Position numbers and translations under genes: made by a program. Under the pieces are notes generated by a model that had not been told where the DNA came from, did not search any database, and worked only from the letters and a program-made list of their open reading frames with translations. This document shows positions 1 to 10,940 of a stretch of 38,046 nucleotides of DNA, in pieces (position 1 is the first letter of the stretch; every line of letters starts with the position of its first letter). This stretch comes from Octopus sinensis (taxonomy: Eukaryota): assembly GCF_006345805.1 (NCBI RefSeq), contig NW_021835835.1, positions 1-38,046 of the forward strand. The letters run 5' to 3'.

Positions 1-504
1 TGAAATGGTTAATACGGAGACGCATTGTAGTCATTTGGAAACGTTGCACAAAACTTGGCAGAAAAGACGCTCATCACTGGCCAATCGTAAAGGGACATAA
101 CTTACACACACAAAAAAAAAAAAACCGCATGATTCCTATGCGGTATGCAAGACAAGATATTGTTCAAATCACTTACGAAGAGATTATGGTGATAAATACA
201 GATGTTATCCCTTATCCTCTTTATTTTAACATTGCTTCATCTGACTACCATCTCTTCAGATCATTGTAACATTATTTAGAGGGAGAACAGTAATTAATTG
301 CGAAGAGGTTAAAATGATATGGAGTGTTTCTAGGCTTTGAAACCTGAAATTTTTTACAAACGAGTGATTAACAGTTTGTAAATTTGATGGGATTATGTTA
401 TCAATAATGAAGGAAAATGTTATCTTGATAAAGCGCATCGAGATCTAAGAAGCATTTCTGTCTTTCCTACCTTGAAATCAACAGAACTTACTTAACAAAC
501 CAAT
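1..504 (+). mobile_element. Degraded mariner (Tc1/mariner) transposase 3' remnant
   Basis: Manual translation gives EMVNTETHCSHLETLHKTWQKRRSSLANRKG and DVIPYPLYFNIASSDYHLFRSL*HYL, matching mariner catalytic-domain motifs (KRP.L.NRKG; PHPPYSPDLAPSDYHLF). Stops and frameshifts present; possible TIR remnant at ~483-504. Confidence 0.75.
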
Positions 505-507
505 CAG

Positions 508-606
<99 letters not shown>

Positions 607-663
607 GTCTATCTGTCAGTCTGTCTGTCTGTCTGCCTGCATGCCTGCCTGCCTGCCTGTCTG

Positions 664-734
<71 letters not shown>

Positions 735-750
735 CTATCTATCTATATTT
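508..750. repeat. (TATC)n/(TGTC)n compound microsatellite
   Basis: Direct reading. Confidence 0.97.
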
Positions 751-1845
751 GTGTATCTGTGCGTCTGTATGTCCTTATATAATTTTACAGTTGAGTCAAT
801 GTTATTCTATACTGACAACAGGACGAATATCAAATCTCTAAAATATTTGGTACAAGTTCATATTCTCAACCGTCTCCACTTTGAGCATGTATACTCCTTC
901 CTTATATATCCTCGACTCTGTATTTTTCTTCCTTCCCTTCATCTTCTGGACCCCACCACAATGGCTAAGAGGCTTTGGACAATTCTTGTTGGTCTGGCAG
1001 ATATGTCATTGATATTTTAGCCCCAAATCAACTTTCATCACGCACTCACGTTCTCTAGAAAACAAACCAAGAATGCTGTCCTTGGCCCTTTACCTCGGAC
1101 GGTCTCTGACTTTAACAACTGTTGTCCATTTGGTTGTAATTTGGGTATTTCTGCTATCACTGAATCCTTTTCTGATAAATTCTTTAACAATCTTGAGGCC
1201 ATGATCATGTCTTCAGCGATAGCTGCATTCACTCAGTGCTTTAGAGCAGCTACTTACAACACCTTCGCCGGCCCCTGGCTCAGAGTACGGCGTCCTGAGA
1301 CTGTTTTTGATATAATCCATAGCACACTGTGAAGTCTTACCTGGGACATAATATAATGATATGGGATACGGAGAAAACGTGTATGCTGAATATAGTGTAC
1401 GTATATGAGGCTTTATGGGGTAGGTGGGACATTGTGTAAGCATTTGTAAAATACGTATGGCTGTAGATGGGATGCAGCATAAGTAAATAGAGCAAGGCAC
1501 ATGAAATATAGATGTGGGACGATGTAAGTATGCGTGTGTCATTGTGCAAATGAATGTCAGTGGAACATAGAGTAGGTGCATGGGGGACCTGAGGTAACCC
1601 ATTAGATTGTAAGCAGCAACAATGAAATGGCCACGACGTATGGAGGTTGGAGGGCGGTTCTTTTACACAAGCTCCCTCTCACGTCTCTCTTTATGATTAT
1701 TCTACACACTCCCTCTCTCCTTACTCTCTCACATTACTGTTTCTTCAATCTCCATTTCGGTTTCACTGTCTTTTAATATTACAGCATCTTCAGTTAGCCC
1801 TCCATTTCTTCTTTATCCGCTTGCTCCTACTTTCTTCTGGCAGAC

Positions 1846-2060
1846 TGTGTGTGTGTTTGTGTGTATGTTTGTGTGTCTGTTTGCCACCCCCACCATCGAT
1901 CGACAACCGATGTTGGTGTGTTTACGTCCCCGTAACTTAGTGATTCAGCAAAACAGACCGATAGAATAAGTACTAGGTTTACAAAGACTAAATCGATTTA
2001 TTGAATAAAGGCCGTGTTCCAGCATGGTCGCAGTCAAATGACTGAACAAATAAAAGTATA
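1846..2060 (+). mobile_element. 3' half of tRNA-derived CORE-like SINE (family A)
   Basis: gacaaccgatgttggtgtgtttacgtccccgtaacttag...gatagaataagtactagg...ccagcatggtcgcagtcaaatgactgaa matches the copies at 6645-6861 and (reverse complement) 19893-20100. A second tail piece lies at ~2166-2230. Confidence 0.85.
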
Positions 2061-2063
2061 AAA

Positions 2064-2133
<70 letters not shown>

Positions 2134-2249
2134 TAAGTATATGCATACATATATATATATGCATATCGATTTGTTCGCGTAAAGGCGCTGCTCCAGCATG
2201 GCCGCAGACAAATGACTGGAAGTAATAAAACAATAGAAGAATATATAAA

Positions 2250-3160
2250 TTGTGTCATCCTATGATTAATGCGGTGTTTTAATCCACTTTTTCATTTTTC
2301 AAAATTAAGACAAAGGAATTTCTTATTTTAATCTAAAATATACTCTCCTTCACTCTCTGCAATGCTCTTCCATCTATCTAGTAGACATGCAAGGCCCCTC
2401 TTCAAAAATTCACTTGTCCCTGACCAAAAATACTTCTGCAGTACCGTTCTGACCTTGTCTAGAGAATTCGTATTTTTTCCGCTCAAATGATTTTGAAAAC
2501 TGCTGAATAAATGATAATCAGATGTGGGAATGTTTAGCGAATACGGGGAATGGGGCATCATTTCACATTCAAACAGCTCCAGCTTTTGGAATGTCATCCT
2601 CGCTGTATGTGGCCGAGCTTTATCCTGATGGAAGAACACCTTGCGTCTTCAAACCAAAGATGGCCGTTTTCCTTCTAGCGTAGTTGTCGATGAATGGTTG
2701 AATGACCAAATCCAAGATTCTTTGTTAGTTCCTCAACAGTTACGATGGGATTTTGTTCCAGCAGGGTTTTCAAGTTATGCTCGTCGAGCTCTACAGATCT
2801 TCCAGGATATGGCTCGTCCTCCAGTTTGTAGCTTCCGACTTGGAATTTCTGGAATCACTGTTGACACTAGCATATGCCTAATAATTCACGCACTTCCTGT
2901 AGCTTAGTTGCCTTTATTGAACTGATAAAGCAAAATATGCCGAATATGCTCTTTTCTCGTTTCCATTATAGCTTTGAAAAAAACTAACAGTTAAAATCGA
3001 ACTGCACTATTCAAAACTTTCACTATCAATACATACATGGTAAAATTACTACCTGGTTTTATAGTAAGTTGATGCGGGTAGTTTATCCCTCCCGTCCCCC
3101 TCCGACTTTTGGTTCATGCATTTGAAAAAAAAAAAACGCATTAGTTATGGGATGACTCAA
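2250..3160 (-). mobile_element. Internally deleted mariner element with both TIRs
   Basis: Imperfect TIRs ttgtgtcatcctatgattaatgcg (2250-) and cgcattagttatgggatgactcaa (-3160) enclose a transposase pseudogene. Confidence 0.9.
2328..2966 (-). pseudogene. Mariner transposase pseudogene
   Basis: N-terminus METRKEHIRHILLYQFNKG...LEDEPYPGRSVELDEHNLKTLLEQNPIVTVEELTKNLGFGHSTIHRQL is fused at ~2680 to KRPSLV*RRKVFFHQDKARPH...PHSPYSLNIPTSDYHLF...EGEYILD*. The WVPHEL linker and first catalytic Asp are deleted. Confidence 0.9.
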
Positions 3161-3579
3161 AATATGTACACACACACACACATATTACGGAGATGTACTT
3201 GCATAGAAAGTGACCTGATCTGAGATCGTGTGCTGAAACAAAAAGAATTGCAGCGTGGAAGGTTTTATCAGCTATTTAAGAAGCACACAAAAACCACTAT
3301 GTTCGCTTCCACATTTAAATTTAATTTGTCAAAATATTTTCGTCGCTTTGAGACCTCGACCTGTTTACTGAGAAATTTCCGTGCTGCTTATATATATATA
3401 TTGCGGTTCAGCTATATATATTTATTATTTAAGCTTACGTTTATTATTTAAGCCTTCATAGTACTGTTTTGCATTTATAATAAAATAAATACAAATTATA
3501 AAAACATATACAGTACAGCATTTTCACATAAAATGGTGGGTTTTGGAACATAACACACGTGATAGCCGAGAGATTACTG

Positions 3580-4010
3580 CACATATATATATGTATATAT
3601 ATATATTGATAAAAATAGTAAGACAACAAAAGAAAGAATATATATATATATATCATAAATTATGCATATTCATATATGTATATATATTTATATATAAGCA
3701 AATATATATACGTATACAAACAAGCAGATAAATATATATATATTTATATATATATATATATGTATAGATAGATAGATATATAGACAGACAGATAGATAGA
3801 TAGATAGATAGAAAGATAGATAGATGCCACTTACACACCAAATGTAGTAAGATACATTGGTACGTATAACTGCAAACAGTCATAAAGCAATATTCACACT
3901 CACACTTCTTTATACACACACACACACACGCGCCGCGAACACACACATACACACACACGCAAACACACACACAAACACATAAATATAAGCACACAGGCAT
4001 GCGCACAAGC
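3580..4010. repeat. Compound (TA)n/(GATA)n/(CA)n microsatellite field
   Basis: Direct reading. Confidence 0.9.
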
Positions 4011-4276
4011 ATGTATCTCCTGTATAACTATAGTGGTTTATATCAATGTAATCGTCTTTTCACCTAATCGACTCCTCATCCAGTTATCTGCTAAACGGCA
4101 TGGCTATTTTACCAAACCGGATTAAAGGAGGAGATTTGTCCCTAATTAACCGTGAATTACAGATAGCTTTAATCGGCCTCAGTTATAAAACCCGAGTGAA
4201 AACTTTCAATAGAATTAAAAAAACGAAAAACTAGGAAAATATCGGACATATTCATATGCTATATCGCAAATATGCA

Positions 4277-4364
4277 TTATATATATATATTATATATTAT
4301 ATATATATATATATATATATCTTTGTGTGTATGAAGGTACGTATGTTTGTGTGCATATACATAA

Positions 4365-4397
<33 letters not shown>

Positions 4398-4409
4398 CAT
4401 ACATACATA

Positions 4410-4462
<53 letters not shown>

Positions 4463-4589
4463 TATAGATATATATATATATATATCTTTGTGTGTATGAA
4501 GGTACGTATGTTTGTGTGCATATACATAAATAAATATATATAAATAAGTATATATATATATTATATATATACATATACATACATACATA

Positions 4590-4622
<33 letters not shown>

Positions 4623-4623
4623 C

Positions 4624-4654
<31 letters not shown>

Positions 4655-5591
4655 ACGTAAGTATATGTCCGTCTATAGGCATTTATATTTAATTATAGCA
4701 AAATTTATAAGGCATTCATATATGTAACTCCCACCTATGTATATGTTGATATATATACATACATACATACATACACTAACAAACACAGAAACACACATAT
4801 ATTACATATGTGCATGTGTGTATATAACATGCCTTTATATCTCTTCGTATATCTGTGTGTTCGTATATATATATATATATATATATATGGATGTATATAT
4901 CTGTATACATGTAAATAGATATGCTGTATATATGTATATATATATATATATATATACACACACAGATGTATATGTATGTATTCATGTGTGCATATATATA
5001 CATATATGTTGTATGTGTGTCTAAATATGGGTGTGAACGTGTGTATATATTATCATATGTTCATAAAAAAAGCTTGCATACGTATGAAGGAGAGATAAGA
5101 ATGTGTACATAGATTTATGTTTGTTTATTTTATGTTCGCATAAGCCTTTTAAATATTACCTATGGAATTTATTAAATTATATTATAAATCTTGTTATTTA
5201 CTGCACAAACAAGAATGAAAACACCACAGGCTCACATACACACATGCATACATACATACATACATACATACATACATACATACATACATACATACACACT
5301 CATACACTCTCAAATGTATGTGTGTATATATATATATGTATATATATGTGTGTATATATACATACACACATATATATGTGCGCATATGTCAATATATATA
5401 CACACAGATACATATATGTATATATGTATATTCATAAATATATATATATAATATATATATATATATGTGTATAATATTATATAGATATATATTTATATTT
5501 ATATATATATATATATATATATTTATTTATTTATATATTTATTTATATCTATATATATATGTATATACATACATGCATACATATATATATG

Positions 5592-5640
<49 letters not shown>
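4277..5640. repeat. (TA)n/(TACA)n/(TG)n microsatellite field with a local 165-bp-period duplication
   Basis: ctttgtgtgtatgaaggtacgtatgtttgtgtgcatatacataaataaat occurs at 4321 and 4486. Confidence 0.9.
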
Positions 5641-5643
<3 letters not shown>

Positions 5644-6350
5644 CACGGGAAAGCGGTGATTCAATTTCCAAAGCGTGCCTGTAAATATTTCATAGCAAAT
5701 AATTAATGGCAAGTCTACTTAAAATTCCATTTAATCGTATACGCAAAGCGTCACGTCTGAGATTGTAAGAAGGTATCATAAGTTCCAATCGGATCTTGTC
5801 CATAACGCGTATTATAAAGTGAATGTGCTAATAATGAAAGGAAATTGTAACGCTGGCAGCATTTCGACTTTGAACATAAAGGGGTCTAGCCAAAATATGG
5901 TATGAGCTTCGATACATGTAAGAACAGGCTACATTAAACATGGGAAACCCTTTTCGTGAAGCAGACCCCATAAAACGTGGTTCAACATCTGCTGAGACGC
6001 ACCATGAAAATTTGAAGGTTATTTTTCGTTAAGGCATTTCGTTAATGCATTACCAAACCCATACAGTTTACACGAATACACAAGAGACCAGTTATAATAT
6101 TGCAATGCGCTGTAGAGGTACTTGGCTATGCTATTTCATTGCAGAAGAAAAAAACAGGAAAGAGAAAAGGAGCTGCTAAGATAAGGCGAGTCAAAATGCA
6201 CTATCACTACGTTATAGTTTATAATTTTCGCGACATGATAAGTGCTAATATGTCGAGATCAAAGTATCAGCAGAATTGGTAAGACTTCTTAGAATTTGAA
6301 GTGTAAGTGGTAGCAGAAAAGAAAAGAAGATGAACAAGAGCCATTTTTTT

Positions 6351-6593
6351 CTCTTTTACTTGTTTCAGTCATTTGACTGCGGCCATGCTGGAGCACCGCA
6401 TTTAGTCGAGCAAATCGACCCCAGGACTAATCTTTTGTAAGCCTAGTACTAATTCTATCGGTTGCTAGCATCGGTAATTTACGAACCGCTAATTTACGGG
6501 ACCTAAACACACCAGCATCGCATCGGTTGTCAAGCGATGTTGGGAGACAAACACTAACATATACACACACATACACATATATATATATATATA

Positions 6594-6625
<32 letters not shown>

Positions 6626-6861
6626 CGTATATATATATATATGTATATGTGTGTATATGTTTGTGTGTCTGTGTTTGTCCCCCCAACATCCCTTGACAAC
6701 CGATGCTGGTGTGTAAACGTTCCCGTCACTTAACGGTTCGGCATAAGGGACTGATAGAATAAGTACTAGGATTACAAAGAATAAGTCCTGGGATCGATTC
6801 GGTCGACGAAAAGCGGTGCCCCAGCATGGTAACAGTCAAATGACTGAAACAAGTAAAAGAG
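6351..6861. mobile_element. Two family-A SINE 3' halves in inverted orientation around a (TA)n/(CA)n spacer
   Basis: ctcttttacttgtttcagtcatttgactg (6351-) is the exact reverse complement of cagtcaaatgactgaaacaagtaaaagag (-6861); imperfect complementarity continues for ~210 bp. Confidence 0.9.
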
Positions 6862-7454
6862 TATAACATTTAGTTTTCCTTCGTAGCATATTTGCACGAT
6901 ATGTTTTCACCGACAGCTTGATATCTGTTGCACTAATTGCTTAGAAAACCAGAGATAGGCTGATCGTTGATGTAAACGAACTTTTGTAAAGAAAATAGCG
7001 TTCAAATGTTCAACTCCCCAGTATTAACATTTCCAAATCTTAGCGTTTCTTTTCATTGCAGATATTTCCAGTATAAGTTTTCACATATTCAACAAAAGAA
7101 TGTATGGATTAAGATCGTATTTCTTTGTACCGGAACATAGCATTAACTCATTCATTAGAATTTTGTAAAAGAGATGGCAGCAGATTAAATCCAAAATGGA
7201 AGGGGGAAATCTGACTTCCTTTATAATGTACGTAATGCAAAGCTTTATAACATCGAAGATAACGGTTTTGCTTTTAATTTCGAGGATGAGTACGGTTGGT
7301 CAGGTCTTCACCAGGTTTTCATAGGGGGCGACTAAGGCAACTGTTTAAGCAAATGTAGGTATTCCAGCAACAACGAGTGGATAATGAAGGCAAACTGTAT
7401 ATATACATATATACACTCACAAGCGTGCGTACCTGCTACCTCCACATACAGATA

Positions 7455-7650
7455 CGAGGGGTACCGAAAAGATCCTGATTTTGGGTAAAAGAAAATACTG
7501 GAGGATCATTTAACTATGATTATATTCTACATATTCCCCTCTTATTGCAGTGGTTCTTCAGTTCCTCTAAGCCCTGTAAAAGAACTCAAAAGGCTGGGCC
7601 TCTAACCAGTCTTTTAGCGATGTCGTTAAAGACTTTTCTGAACCCCCTCG
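7455..7650 (-). mobile_element. Mariner-derived MITE / deletion derivative
   Basis: Termini ta|cgaggggtaccgaaaag and cttttctgaaccccctcg|ca are inverted. Internal minus strand reads DWLEAQPFEFF...GLEELKNHCNK...GEYVE, a mariner transposase C-terminus. Confidence 0.75.
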
Positions 7651-7707
7651 CATATCATTAAATCGAACGCTTTTTGAGTTTGCTATGCAAGAGCAAAAAT
7701 GAGAGTT

Positions 7708-7869
7708 CAGTTTTATATTTAAGAGATGAGGAATTATTTACATTATTTATATTATTTACATTTGACGGATATTTACAACGTTTCGGCTGGTATACCCTCC
7801 AGCCTTCATCAGGTGTCTTGGAGAAATTTCGAACCTGGCTTCTCATTCCTAAGGTATTTTTCGATATTA

Positions 7870-7914
<45 letters not shown>

Positions 7915-8060
7915 GGGTCACTACCTGGAATCGAACTCGGAATCTTCGGGTTAGTAGCCCGCGCAGTTAACCACTGCGCCATATGATGAGGACAAATATC
8001 CGTCAAATGAAAATAATGTAAATAATGTACATAATTCCTCATCTCTTCAATATAGAACTG
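7708..8060 (-). mobile_element. Small element: 67-bp inverted repeats enclosing a tRNA-like head, (AAT)n and a hammerhead-like motif (probably Penelope-related, non-autonomous)
   Basis: IRs at 7708-7774 and 7994-8060. Minus strand: TGGCGCAGTGGTTAA (A box) ... GAGTTCGATTCC (B box), (AAT)n, then CTGATGA-a-GGCTGG-agggtata-CCAGCC-GAAACGTT. Confidence 0.75.
7775..7817 (-). ncRNA. Minimal type-I hammerhead ribozyme-like motif
   Basis: CUGAUGA and GAAA core boxes bracket a perfect 6-bp helix II; palindromic AACGUU stands in for helix III; helix I is only 2 bp in this copy. Confidence 0.55.
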
Positions 8061-8320
8061 TATTAACTATTTTGTAATTTGCGAATTTTGAATGTAAATA
8101 AAATAGTGACTTCATGCAAAATTTCCTCATTTTAAGATGTGAATTTATATTATTATCATGTGTTGTCCTCTAGCAGACAAGTGAGATAATAATTTCTTCA
8201 TAATTTTTGACAAGAATTTGAAATTAAGGAATTATAACGTAAAAGACACATAGAATACACACCAGTAACTTCTTGTTTACATATTATTATTACCAAGGCC
8301 TTAACATTTGTTATCACTGG

Positions 8321-8363
<43 letters not shown>

Positions 8364-9084
8364 CCCTATTTCATTCTTTTTAGAAATCGACAGCATGATA
8401 TAACATGAGATATATTAAACGTTATGCGCTGTCGGCACAACCCTCATTTTCTAGCAATAATTCACGAATTCAGTACAGAAAAAATGAAATATAGCTTCTT
8501 ATACACATCATCTACATATGTACCATAGATACCGAGATACGAAATTTTATAGATAAATATTCGTCCACTAAAAATACATATGTGCAAGGAAAAATTGAGA
8601 ACATTCTTGATATTGAATACAAACATTTTCAACGCAATATATATTGGTGAAGAGTTCCCCTCAAATCTTTCTCTATCTGTAAAGTCGTAAAGGGAGAAAA
8701 ATAATACATTTAGATATGGAAGTTTGCTGCACTCTAAATGCTGGTGCCCCAGCACGGCCGCAGCTTTCAGGCTGAAACATTTTAAAGGAGTTAAGGATTT
8801 ATTGCTTTGAAAATGTGCAAGTAACTACCGATGTACTTGGTTATGTTGGTAAATTTCTATATGGCAATCTCAAAACACTAAGGTTTATGGACAAAGTAAA
8901 AGGCCAGCTTTGGAATTCCGAAAATGCAATCTTTAACGGTCAATATGGAACCTTTATTACTTTTGTCAACCAAGTTCCAACGATGCAGCTTTGATGCTTT
9001 GTGAGATATCAGTTATTTCCTTTGAGAAAAAATTCCAAATAATTTCAGAAATGCGATCGTATCCTCACGAGAAAAAATACGTTC

Positions 9085-9660
9085 ACATATACGTACATAC
9101 GTTCATACATACATACATACATACATACATACATACATACATACATACATACATACAAACATACATACATACGCAAGTATACTTATTCACCTACATCAAA
9201 ATATTCAAGCATACATACAAGCCTAAATACATACATACATATATACATACGTACGTATATCGAAATTCATACCTAAATATATACGTTCATTCATTCTTAA
9301 GTTCATATACGTTTATTCACATATACAGTTAGATTCCAGCCAGAATACATACGTATATGGGTAAATATATGCCAAGATTCAAATATACACACAAGCATAC
9401 ATATTAACATACTCATACATACATACATACATACATACATACATACATACATACATACATACATACAAACATACATACATACATACATATATATGCATAT
9501 ATAATCATATATAATCATATATAAATAGAAACATATACAGTCATAAATGTATATATATATATATAAGGGCATATATACATACACATTTATAGATGCATAC
9601 ATAAATACATTAATACAAAGATATAAGTACATAGATAACTATATACATGCATATATATAC
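9085..9660. repeat. (TACA)n microsatellite field
   Basis: Direct reading. Confidence 0.9.
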
Positions 9661-9785
9661 ACGCATAAAAGATATTGATAAAATATTGTTGCTTGACGTC
9701 GTAATCTCAACTCGTTTTAATTTATCAAGAAAAATACTGGAAATGATAACACACAAAAGTAAGGAGAGGTTGTAATGAAATATTA

Positions 9786-9938
9786 AACCAATATATTTTA
9801 CCGATATATATTATCGATATCTTTTTAACGATATATATTACCGATATATTCTACAGATACAGTTTAGCGATATGATATGCCGATATTAATTTGCCAGTAT
9901 GATTTACTGACATAGTTTGCTGACGTATTTCACGGACA
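9786..9938. repeat. Degenerate ~13-bp minisatellite, about 11-12 units (consensus near taccgatatatat)
   Basis: Units taccgatatatat, tatcgatatcttt, taacgatatatat, taccgatatattc, tacagatacagtt, tagcgatatgata, tgccgatattaat, etc. Confidence 0.75.
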
Positions 9939-10260
9939 CTCTTTCTAAGTCGCCATTTTGTTTATAGGATAGCGAGAGTATAAGACTGTAGAAAAATTCT
10001 GTAGTCATACAGTTTAATGCTGAAATATCATTGAGGGTTTGGTGCCAGAGTAAGTATATAGATACTGTACTGAGGAACGGTTCAGTCAGAGAGAAACTCC
10101 TCTACTCAGTTGGTCGATCTGCTAGAAATAAAAGCTAAACTACATTAAAATCATGCCTTAATAATCAAGAATATATTGAACAGTCTACAATCTGAATGGT
10201 ACAGAATACACACACACATGTACACTCGCTTACATACGCATACACACACGTACATATACC

Positions 10261-10596
10261 TATTTATTTACTACCCGCAAGGGGCTAAACACAGAGAGGA
10301 CAAACAAGGACAGACAAACGGATTAAGTCGATTATATTGACTCCAGTACGTAACTGGTACTTATTTAATCGACCCCGAAAGGATGAAAGGCAAAGTCGAC
10401 CTCGGCGGAATTTGTACTCAGAACGTAGCAGCAGACGAAACACCGCTAAGCATTTCGCCCGGCGTGCTAACGTTACTGCCAGTTCACCGCCTTCGAAAAA
10501 TCGACCTCGACGGAATTTGAGCTCAGAATATAAAGGCAGACGAAATACAGATAAACATTTCGTCTGGCGTGCTAACGTTACTGCTAGCTTGCCGCC
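10261..10596 (-). mobile_element. tRNA-derived SINE family B (Nin/Deu-like core): one full copy (10261-10491) plus a second 5' head (10501-10596)
   Basis: Reverse complement of the copy at 13272-13503. Core GCCTTTCATCCTTTCGGGGTCGAT(A/T)AA..AAGTACC resembles the Nin/Deu SINE domain. Confidence 0.9.
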
Positions 10597-10940
10597 TTTC
10601 ACACACGTACATATAACACCTGTAGGGAACATTGGCTGATAAAGTAAGATCATAGGTACATTTTCTCTTCTATGTAAGTCAAGCAACTCAACTACTAAAT
10701 TTAAAAGGCTCATTAAAAAATCCAAACTTTAAGAAATTTATAATCGTTTAAGGAATGTCCAAAAATAATATTACCATATTTCTAATTTTAAAAAAAATTA
10801 CAGATATTCCCCACCTCTACATTTCTGTGTTGTCTTTACACTTGTGTGGAAGTAGAACACCCCTATTTGGTTGGCTCCTTATGGACTGTGCCACAATATA
10901 ACTGGACATGCGCAGAGAGTCGGTGAACTGTGTAAAGCCG

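Noticed and set aside
6145-6278. Possible host exon (ttcattgcag ... gtaaga, open frame)
   Set aside because: No recognisable protein, A-rich, and no partner exons; such signals arise by chance.
7912-7982. Functional tRNA genes here and at 21427, 23850 and 36035
   Set aside because: A/B boxes are present but acceptor stems are imperfect and each runs into a repeat body; these are SINE-type heads.
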